A stretch of DNA of 64,000 nucleotides from assembly GCA_964187785.1 (NCBI GenBank), contig OZ076410.1, positions 20,274,001 through 20,338,000 on the forward strand. The letters are read 5' to 3'. The notes below the pieces were generated by a model, which was given only the letters and a program-made list of their open reading frames with translations, ran no database searches and was not told where the DNA came from. Origin of the DNA: Amphiscolops sp. MND2022. Lineage: Eukaryota. Of the stretch, positions 36,680 through 46,817 are shown piece by piece; within the stretch, counting starts at the first letter, position 1; every line of letters begins with the position of its first letter. A program made the translations under genes and the position numbers.

Positions 36680-37130
36680 ACCGAGTGGCGCCCCGGGGCC
36701 CGCTTGTGCGAGCCCTTGGCGCACTAAAACGATGACACTTCGTCACTTTTGAAACTGTCACAACTTTTGTCGCAGTAGAAGAGGGGACCCTTTGGAGAAA
36801 AAACATTTCGAAAAAAGGTCTCACCATGCCGCAAAATTGAAAGTGTGACCCTTTGGCAATTTTCAACATACATTCTTTCACAAAACATTAAAAAACTGAA
36901 GAAGGGAAAACTTTTTATTTCGGAAACAAATCTCACAAAGCCGAAAGATACCAAAAACCTTTTGGGGATTTTCGATATCCATTCTGTCGCAAAACATCGA
37001 AAAAATGAAAGGGGACCTTTTGGGGAAAACAATTTTTCCAAAAAAAGGCAGGCAGTGCCGAAAAAAAGTTAAAAAGGGAACCCATTGGTCTCGCCATGTA
37101 TGGTATATTACGCGGGAAAACAGGAAAAAA
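36680..37130. repeat. Interspersed repeat fragment with recurring GGGACCCTTTGG motifs
   Basis: Motif variants at ~36784, 36846, 37012 and 37077; another at ~29070. Confidence 0.45.
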
Positions 37131-38899
37131 CCGTTTCAGTCCTTTTCGCTAAACCAAATGGTGCAATTTGACACCATAATATTTGGCAGAACTATTGAGA
37201 ACTATTTCGGTCAGTTCGTGTGGATTGCAAAAGGAGTCACTATAATAGAGTCGCGTTTCGCTTATAACGCACCGACTAAAAAGAAATTGTCTCTTGCAGC
37301 TTTGGCTTGAAAACGACTTGCGTCAGGGGTATCAAATTCATCACTTTTGAGTAATTACTCGAACTGCTGAAACCTGCCTTCATTCTAGACCCTGAAAAGG
37401 AATTCTTAACGCGTGGAATTTCGATAAACCCGATGCAAGGAAGTGAACTCGATCCCTCCTAATGGATCAAGAGATGGTAACAAATCAAAAGCGAATGTGG
37501 CTTTGAAAAGATGCCGAAACGATCTTGTGAATCAACTAAGTTCCAGCAGTTGATAATCTTGTCTTCTGGTTAATTCAAATGCTTGTTACAAAATATGATG
37601 TTGTAGACATATTCTTTCATCTTTGCTTGTGGTAGTAAAGGTTCTCAAAGGAATCTAGCAGTGTTGTTTTTTAGAGCTGAATCAGAAAGAAATCTAACTT
37701 ACTTTTGAACAATACTTTGTTTGAACGGATACTTTGTTCTAGCAAGTACTACCATGGGGTAGCTACAGGAGTAGAAGAAACACCAGTTATGTCCAGTGAA
37801 AAATGTTAGTCCTGGATAGTTTTGAGTTTTATTGCAGTGTATTCCAAGCTTTTGGATAGGATAGCATCCTTCATCATGGGAAAAGCGGTAAGTGGAATTG
37901 ACTGAAATGTGTAAGTACCTTGACGGTGATTTCTACAAACAAATGCTAAAACATTTGAAACCAATGGAATTTCCAGGAAAAAGAACTGTTCAACTTGTTC
38001 AAAGTCATTTTGAACGAAATCATGAACAATTTTGATGAATGAAAGCACGATAGATTCCATAAATAGAAATTGTTGAATAGGTTTCACCTAACTATTGTGA
38101 CTTGAATGATGTACAATTATGTACAAACATACAGTTATCTTGCGTGCATTTAAAAAAGAGGTAAAATTTCCAGTCGTTTTGTGTTCTAGAAGGTATCTGC
38201 TTTTTCCGATTTTCACTTTGCTTTAAAATGTTTGTTTTTGCTTACAATTCAGTTGTTAAACTCCATTCGTTCACTCAGCACAAGTGGAATGAATCTGGAG
38301 AAACTGTCAATCTAATTCACTCGTGTGCATTTGTAGCGTTACAAAACGTTACGAAACGTAGAAAGTATATTGGATTTTGATTGGCTGCCGACGTGGATGT
38401 AGAAATTGTTTCCCTAGTTCAAGGTAATGAATATTTTTGTTCAATCTATTAATTCAACCGCTCGCTGGGTTTCGTTACCCTTCAGTAAGCCTTTGTTTGA
38501 TCTGTTAGTCTTCCACTTCTCTTATCTTACACGTAGCCTGCTTCTTCGAATCAAAATCCTGAGTTTTTTTCTTCAAAAAGAATAACCCTAAAGTTTGAAA
38601 CACGAAGTGAAAATGTCAGTTTCAGTTTAAAATATTTGAAAGTCCCCTCTGATTTTTGAAATCAACTCAGTTTTAAAGGAAGGTTTTTTGGTACAGTCTG
38701 AAAGTAAAATTTTATGATTCATTTGTCTCGATTTTTTTGTATGCATAGTAAGTAGTGAAAAAATGTTGAGTTTGTTTAGAAAAATTTTGGTAAAGACTGG
38801 ATGATCTGTAGTTTTGAAAATTTTTGACCAGTGACGCGTTGATGAAAAGACGTACGTTTTAAGCGTCCATAATGCTCAGTGTTGTTTTTGTTCTTACAT

Positions 38900-39800
38900 G
38901 CTTGTTGCTTTTTCCAATTTCCGGATCAGGTATTGGCGTAATGCAAAGAAAAAACTGAGAAATCGGTTTCTAAATACGATTAGTGCTTCGCAATATTAGC
39001 ATGTACATATGCAGAAGACCTCAAGAGAGCATTATTTTGACTACGATTTTCGAGATAATTTGTCGTTTTCAAACTAATGACGTACGAAATTAAAGAAATT
39101 CCAAAGAAACGAACGATTCGTCTTCATTTTGAAATGGGAGGTTCGAAAATACTTTGGGGTTTTGAGGAAATGGCAAGTACACATGTAATAGAATTCAACA
39201 AAATGTTTCAGCTTCGATGGCTAGGTTGGTTTGTTGTTTCATTTTCGTGAACAATTTTTGACGTACGACATTTGGAAAAAATAGAATAGTTTCTATATTT
39301 TAGAATCGGAGGTTTTAAATACGCTTGGACTTGGAGTTTTGCCACGTACACATGCGGGGAACCAGGGGAACATTGTATTGGCTGCGAATTTTGTGTTCGT
39401 TCGTGTTTCCATTTTCCTGATCAGATTGGGCGCACGCATAGAAAAAAAACAAGAAACTTGACTCTTATAATTTGAAATGGAAGTTTCATATACAATTAGG
39501 AATTTGAAAAAAAAACCATATACACTTGCAGGAAATTTCAGAAAACATAACTTTGGCTTCGATTTTTAGACCTATTTTATGCTTCTATATCTTGAACAAA
39601 CATTATTGACGTACGACAAAAGCGAAAAACTGAAATTCGGAATAATTTGTGTTTTTTTACATGGGAGGTTCTAAATACAATTGGGGAAATGAATTTGTAG
39701 CATCTACACATGCAGGAGACTTCAGGGGAACGTTACATTGGCTTCGATTTTTGTGTTTTGTTTGTTCGTTTGTTTTGATCAGGTATTGGTGTGCGAGTTA
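38900..39800. repeat. Degenerate tandem array, ~175-180-bp period, ~5 units
   Basis: TGACGTACGA at 39078, 39259 and 39607; recurring GGAGGTT..AAATAC, TACACATG and TTGGCTTCGATTTT blocks. Confidence 0.65.
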
Positions 39801-42395
39801 TTTTTGGAGGTGAAAAGTGGCCCCTCTAAACCACTCCTAGTTGAGATCAAACAGAGCCAACATGAAGCACACAGTAAGTGAATAGTTTCAAAATGGCAAA
39901 TAGACTGTAGTGTTCCGAGCTACACGGGATACCCCACCATTCGAGCAGCTCCAGTTTGAATACAATGACCCCATTGCTATTCACTCTTTCTAGGAACGTG
40001 ACAAATAGCTGCTTATATGTGACAGATGGAGTCGTCAGATCACTTCATTTTTCAACCAATCATTTTTGCGTCGTTGTGTATTCAAAATTTAAGGACTTTT
40101 GTATTGAAACTACTTGCGATTTGGTGATTTTACAATACTTTTTTCAGAAACAAATGCTTTCTGTACAAACACCGTGAATAACAAGTTCAGGGAACCTTGG
40201 AAGGTCTTCTTCATCTATATCTAGATGAGGGGTTCTTTGAGAGCAATAAGTTGACTTTCACGCATGAACGTCCAATCTAGCGTGTAATTCAATTCGAAAA
40301 ATTGGTATCCACCATGAGTGGATAGAAAAATGAAAACTAGGTATACTTAAATTACACGGAAGAGCTTTGTGAAGTTTCGTTGCCCACCATGAGTCAATCG
40401 AAGAATGAAAACAAGTTACAGACAAACTATAGCGGTGAGAGTATTTCGATAAAAACATCTTCGATAAACAAAAGAATCAGTAGCAACATATCTGAATCAT
40501 ATAAATAGGTTTTGAATCGTTCCCTTTGTGAAATTTGTTTGCTGCTTCTGAACAATGTATCTCACAAATGAACACGTGAAGGAAACTTTTGTAGGCTCTG
40601 ACGTAACATGGAATCCACTTTTTCCCGATAGTTGATAAAAGTTACTAGGTGGTGTAAAAACAAGACAGTGAATTCCATTAAAACACTGCAGTGGAGTCCA
40701 CTACAGTCAAAGGTGGAATCCACTGCGGCCAACATGGGAGTCCACTGCAGCAATCATTGAGCGTTTAGCGGAATCCACTGCAAGCTCCGCATGTTTAGGG
40801 CATTTTATAGTGGAATTTAATGCACGCAGCGAATTCCGCTGAAAGATAATCTACCAAAAGGTTGAATCGACTGAATTGTAGCAGCTTTTGTCATTGGATT
40901 ACGCTGCACGCTTTCTCATACTGCCCTCTATCAAATTCGACTGCAAAATTTCAAAGTACCCACTTTCGCAGAAAAGCTGGAAAAGGCTTCAGAACACCTA
41001 TTAACTCCGATCGCGGTGCAACAGCGGCACGCTAGACCAATATCTAGTGACCTCATGATAGGACGAAGAAAGTTTCACAAGTATCTGGTAAGAAATCCCC
41101 AAATTAACATCACATGGGAAATTTTCAAAAAACACAATTGGACAGCAGGCGAAAAGCCTGTAATAACATACGTTTGTGCTAAAACAGCTGAGGAAACTCT
41201 GCCGTTTCGTCTCCAGTCAGAGTCGGGTCGCTCTTGGTGTCAATCATCAAAGAGTCGGCTCTTTCACAACCAACAAAAGACTCCAAGGCAATCCCTCTGT
41301 GGTCGCCGAAAAATGGATGTCCCCATGTAACCGCAAACAGTCGCCGTCGTTGCTTCTCAGTCCGTGAAGATGGAGGAACGTGTGACTTGCGTGACAAGTC
41401 CATTTTGCCTGCTGAGGTAAAAAAAAACGTCACGTCATGAGGAAGTCCCGCCTCTAAGGAGCACTTGCCGAGCTGTTCCAGTATGTATTTGCTGTCAGTA
41501 ACGTGAGATATGTTTCCTCTCTTCGAAATTACTGCTCAGACAGCCTTCAAAACGCAGAAGGTGGTGCCAAATGTAAATTCGTCTGGATCACAGGAAATTA
41601 CGAAACAGTAGCCCACGAGCTAATGCATCAAGCAAATAATATCAAGTTGATAGACCGCAATATAGCCGGAAATGTTGGAGTGAGAATCGGTTTGAATAAT
41701 AATTTGAATAAGTAATTTACAGTAATTGTCTTTATTATCATTAATTTGAATTTTACACTGCCCTTGTATATGTGAAATCTTTTGTATTTTATCATAATGT
41801 GAGGAATTTCAGTGTTTTTTTAATACGATAAATTACAGCATCACTTACTTTCTGCGGCAATTAGTAGGGGGACACAAACACCGTAGGCTCAATCAAGCAG
41901 AGAGACTCATTTCAAGCATATATTTCAAGAGGTAGCTTCATGCTAAAGAAAGCACAAGTTTTAATTCTCCGTTCGTCTTGGTATGATTAGCAATTCGCTA
42001 TTTGAGTTCATTTCGCTAGAATTCGGAGTTCTTTTAACCTGCTTTTTTGTTGCTGTTATGATTTTAGTCCTTTCCAATTCTCCGGACAGGTCGTTTTAAA
42101 GTCACCGACTCGATGAGCGGACTATGACAGGAAAATTGAAGTTCCCTGATCTTGGACGAATTTTTCATCCATTATTTGAGACGGGATCGTTAAAGTATTT
42201 TAAACTTTATAACTGAATTATAACTTATTACTGCCGACTTCGAAAAAATGACAGCAAAATGCATTTCTATAGTACTTGCTTGGTAAAGGTAGACTTTAGT
42301 AAGAACAACGGAACAGTAGAGGTCAACTGAGAGGACTATTTTTGTAGTAAATATGGTCATTTTAAATTTCAATTGAGACGTAAAACATTGCTGAC

Positions 42396-42644
42396 CTGAA
42401 TCAGCCAACAGTGTAAAAATGTACGAACCGTCTCCTCTTGGCTTATCTTCGTAACTTTCGTCCACTTCATTCTCGAATCTGAACCTGGCTGCGAAACTTT
42501 GATATGCTTTTTCGAAGATTTCATTGCGTTTCTCTAGCGATTCTTTCTCGTAGTCCATTCCACTATCCTGAATTTGCTTCTCCAATTGTTGCTCAAAGTT
42601 AACCAGGTGCTGTTTCACACATTGCGTGGTGGGCCGGTTGCCAG
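42396..42644 (-). CDS. Putative downstream exon of the ZZ-kinase gene (kinase subdomain XI plus coiled-coil-like tail)
   Basis: Acceptor ATAAAG| at 42645 in phase 1 joins the donor at 60591 to give CIDPK-A-GNRPTTQCVKQHL, the expected C-x-x-P-x-x-RPT end of a kinase domain. Candidate donor TTCAG|GTCAGC at 42396. Confidence 0.55.
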
Positions 42645-43270
42645 CTTTATGAATCAGAACAATATTGAATTAGAAACTTGAAAGTATAGCAGTAATACAT
42701 CTTGTATGTTTTAGTACAGAATAGTCAATTATTGCAGCAATTATCAGTATTAGTCTTCAGATTTTTGAATAAATATCGTCTCCAGAGTTATTCGAAACTT
42801 CGAGTGATTTGATTATCAAATATGTTTTCTCTCGGGATCTTCCGAGCAAATACAAATTGAAAGTTGTTCGAAATCAATTTGGGATTTGCTTACATTCGTG
42901 TTAATTTCACGTGCATCAAATTGAAAGAAGGATGTTACTTGACTTCAGCTGCTGGCTTGTTTTGGTATTACAGTTTAAAAAACTCAATCACAAATGTTGA
43001 AAACTTGAAAAACCCCGATGAAATCCCAAAATCTTGAAATGAAGTTTTCAGGCCTTGGTCTTGGAATTAAATCGATTACTATTATCGTAAATTTGCTTTA
43101 AATAACAATTTAATGTCTTTTGATGTGAAATTGGCTAATGCAATGTAACGTCTACCAAAAAGGACGAAATTTCCAAAAATTCGAAAATAGATGGCACAAA
43201 AAATGGCCGACATAGCAGGTCCCCAAAATCAGTCTAGAAGACAAAAAAAGATAGCAGAACACCCCAACAC

Positions 43271-45703
43271 TGTTACGACATATTATCGAGTCGTTTTGAG
43301 TAGAACTTATCCTAACTGATTTTGTTGGAGTATAGAAACTCCTAGTTTCCTCTTCTACCTCTTCTTCAGTGTTTTCCCTAATGATCCCTCTTGTTTCAGG
43401 CTTAAGGAGTTTCAACATCTCCTTCTGGGATTCAATAAGAAGATTTTTGATCTCTGACGTTATTTCTTCCTTTAAGGAAGCTCTCAAACTTTCAAGAAGA
43501 CTATTCTCAATCCGGGGGGATTTTGGTTTAGAAGGCCCCGCTACCTCATCGTCCTGATTCGAAGAACAAAGATTTCCTACTACTATGGGTGAAATCAAGC
43601 CTTCACTTACATTCTCACTGGTGCTTTGCTGATCGTTCTTTCTTTTTTGGCTTCTTGTTGTTGACATTTTGTAGAAAAGTTTGATCTTGAAGAATTGAAT
43701 TTGTTTCAAAGATTTTTCTGACAAAGTAGAACAAGGCGAGAGTAGAATTGAAAATTCAACTGAATTGTACAATTACAAAAGACTGAGTCCCTTAATCATC
43801 AAATCCTATCATATTTATACCCTCCCAGCATCATTTGATCACGAACAAAGCCCTAATTTTCCTCGAACAATTAGTCATTTCCTGTATTTTCGATGAAAAA
43901 GTCATTTTGTTCCCAATTTTACGTCGACATTTCGTCAATTTTTGAGACACGATGATCTTCATTTAGCATTAGTCATCAGATTTGATCATATCATTTCATC
44001 TCGGCGTCCTTTTGCTTCCTCCCAAGCAGGAAGTAGATATTACTTCAGTCTGTCAAACCGGAAATGCTTCCCTGTTTTACTGCTTTGGTTCGCGGGAAAT
44101 TGACGCTGAGATGACGCTGACGTGAACAACAAATACCTGATTTTGAACTTCGCTTTGATAAAAATGCTATGACTAATTCCAAAATAGGAATATTTAAACG
44201 ATGCCAGGACAATATTTTATGAATTTGGACTCAATCCTTTGATAGAGATGTGAATGAAATCACGATATGAAAATAATACTTTGTTGGCAACTTTGCCATG
44301 TCGCGTCAAATGCGACAAGATTTATAAAATTAACAGCAACGTTTGTTAAATGACAACACCAACACAACATAAATAACTGGGTAGCAACGGATGAATTAAT
44401 ATTGCAACACTTCCGTTATTGCGATCTAAACGCTTAGATTGAAGTATAAAATGGAAGCACCGCAATATCTATATGCAAAAGGTAAAAATCAATGAAAGGA
44501 ACAACTATAACATTTCAAACATTTTATGAAAATACATTTCTACTACAAAATATATCGTGTATATGGCTGACATGAGAATAAACTGTGACCATTAAGAACA
44601 TATATGCGTAGAAAATTCCCTAACCCAATATTTATATACAAACCTCTTTTTAAATCCGGGCATATGACGACTAGCCAACGACAAGTTTGAAAACTCATTA
44701 CATGTAGGAATCATTATAATAGTTTACTCTTTTAATTCGGAAACACCGACAAAATACTTGTTTTAGCGTTCAAATTACTTTACACAATTTCCCTAAGCTA
44801 AATAACAGTTTAATTCGTCGGAAAAACTTAAATATCCCGTCAAATTCAGTTGTTCGTTTGTTTCAAAACTTGGCAGCGTCATATTGACGAGTTTTCTAGT
44901 CAGAAATCTGAACCTCAAAACTTGGCAGCGTCATGTTGACGAGTTTTCTAGTCAGAATATAAAATTTGCCAAGTCTGACGCATTGCTGACGAGTATTCTA
45001 GAAATGAATAGCTAGCTAGCTGCCATCGCTGTGACGTCACAACGGCGGTTAATTGGAATGATTTCCTAGAATGGTATTCTATATAGGCGGATAATTGGAA
45101 TGATTTCTAGTAAGCGTAGACGAGGCAGTGACGTCAACTGGTATACCTTTCAAAACTTGTCTGCGACCTGTTGACGACAAATATATATGTAGTGTTATTC
45201 TCACTGGTATAATTGTTTGTTTTACGCAGAGTTGCCGTCCTAAACCACTTTAATTGCTGTTCAAACGCAATTAACTAGCCTTATTTTGACAAGGCGTAAA
45301 TTCCTTATATGTATTTCAAAGTGTTCTTTTCATTTTAGATTTGGCTAATGTGCTCTCTGGAAACAATTTGTACTTGTATTTCTATTTAGATTGGCCTATG
45401 ATCTTTCTTCAAGACGCATCTTAATTTAATTTTCAGGTGGAAAAATGTCCAATCTGGCGTGATAGAAACGTCTTGCCGGAAATGCATGAAATCATTTTTA
45501 AATTGCTTCTCCGTTTCCATTTTCATTTTTAGACATGCGCTGACTAGTCGTGTCTTATTTGTCACAGATTATTTTTTATTTCGAGTTTTAAAGTTTAAGT
45601 TAATAATTGAAGTACCATTTGGGGAATCTTGCGTTGCATCCGTGCCCTCTTCCAATTCCCACACGCCTGCAACCACAAGCCAGACCGGGAGCGGGCTGTG
45701 ACA
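43271..45703 (-). repeat. 3' LTR (2433 bp)
   Basis: Direct repeat of 57068-59499. Contains a copy of the Gag leader ORF (43152-43772 in the track) and tandem ~52-bp repeats with TGACG motifs at ~44865-44960. Confidence 0.97.
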
Positions 45704-46328
45704 GGGCCGGTCTTCTGGGATTGAAGCCGCCTCCAGGCAGACGAGGCAAGAACGTCATTGAGTTGTTTTCTGTACTGGGACTGTTTGGAGTATTAACTTC
45801 ACGCGGCTCGTCAAGATCGTTCAGACTGCTTACTGGCAAGAAGTTTATCTTTTTTGGTGATCCAGGTGGTGTTTCGAAATAGGAATCTGCGTCTTCCTGA
45901 TTCACTTGCTCCAAATATTCCAGTACCCTGCTGCTTGTCACTGAGTCTGATTGTGATGCGGGCTCTTCCACTACAAACACGTCAGAGCACATGCTTTCGT
46001 CGGGACTTTCTGGGCTGTCTGGTAGTCCTTCATCTTGTCGTCCGCCCTGATTGGTGCTGGGGGCGCGAAACTGGGGGTCAATAGTGTCTAGGCTTAAGTT
46101 GAGCCTCAGCCTTTTGCAACTTGACTCTAGAGAGTCCGTCGAGATATCTAGGTATTCCTCTTCATCAATCGCTGCCTCTGTGGAAGAGTGAGACAACTCA
46201 AGCACAATTCTGTAGTTTGAAACGGGCTTCTTCGAGAGGGGTGTGGAAGACCTCTCTGATATTTCCCCTTCTTCTTCTTCACTAGAGGAGATGTCGATTA
46301 GCTCGAACACGTTTTTGAAGCTGTTCAT
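45600..46328 (-). CDS. 242-aa acidic, Ser/Glu/Pro-rich, probably disordered accessory protein; C-terminal ~34 codons run into the 3' LTR
   Basis: Uninterrupted ATG-initiated ORF, sense to gag-pol, inside the element. No recognisable domain. Confidence 0.55.
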   Translation of the reverse strand: MNSFKNVFELIDISSSEEEEGEISERSSTPLSKKPVSNYRIVLELSHSSTEAAIDEEEYLDISTDSLESSCKRLRLNLSLDTIDPQFRAPSTNQGGRQDEGLPDSPESPDESMCSDVFVVEEPASQSDSVTSSRVLEYLEQVNQEDADSYFETPPGSPKKINFLPVSSLNDLDEPREVNTPNSPSTENNSMTFLPRLPGGGFNPRRPALSQPAPGLACGCRRVGIGRGHGCNARFPKWYFNY

Positions 46329-46817
46329 TTTCTGCTGAGCACAGTTTATTTCGGAGTTCCACTTGTCGAGGCGATAGATTGTAGCACAATGAATTTAAGG
46401 TTGTTTTAGGATTAAAGCGAATGTCAGGAAAAATCCCTCTATTCTGATTGGTTATCCAATCGTTTTAATCCTTTTTTGTTGTCGTTATGACAACGCCAAA
46501 TTCTATTGGCTGCAAATTGAATTAGCTTGCTTAGCCAAATTTGTCAACGTTATGCTGACGTCATTTCGCTTGCTTAGCTAATTTTTGATTTTGTCACCGT
46601 TATGATGACGTCATTTTAGGATGTGGGATTAATTTTTTAACCCCGATAACCTTTTTGTCGACGTTATGCCGATGTCAATTTCGTCGATTCTTTAACCAAC
46701 TTTTGGTGCTGACGTTATGCCAGCGTCAATTTCGTTGGTGGTTTACCAACTTTATGTTTTGTCACCGTTATGATGACGTCAATTTTCGGTTGTTTTTCAG
46801 ATTCCAACTGTCTCTGA
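46329..46817. promoter_or_regulatory. Putative internal bidirectional promoter with 5-6 copies of a ~21-bp motif GTCA(C/A)CGTTATG(A/C)TGACGTCA and CCAAT boxes
   Basis: Lies between divergent ATGs (46328 minus, 46818 plus). Motif copies at ~46478, 46543, 46593, 46657, 46708 and 46761 contain CRE-like TGACGTCA; GATTGGTTATCCAATC at ~46446. Confidence 0.6.
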
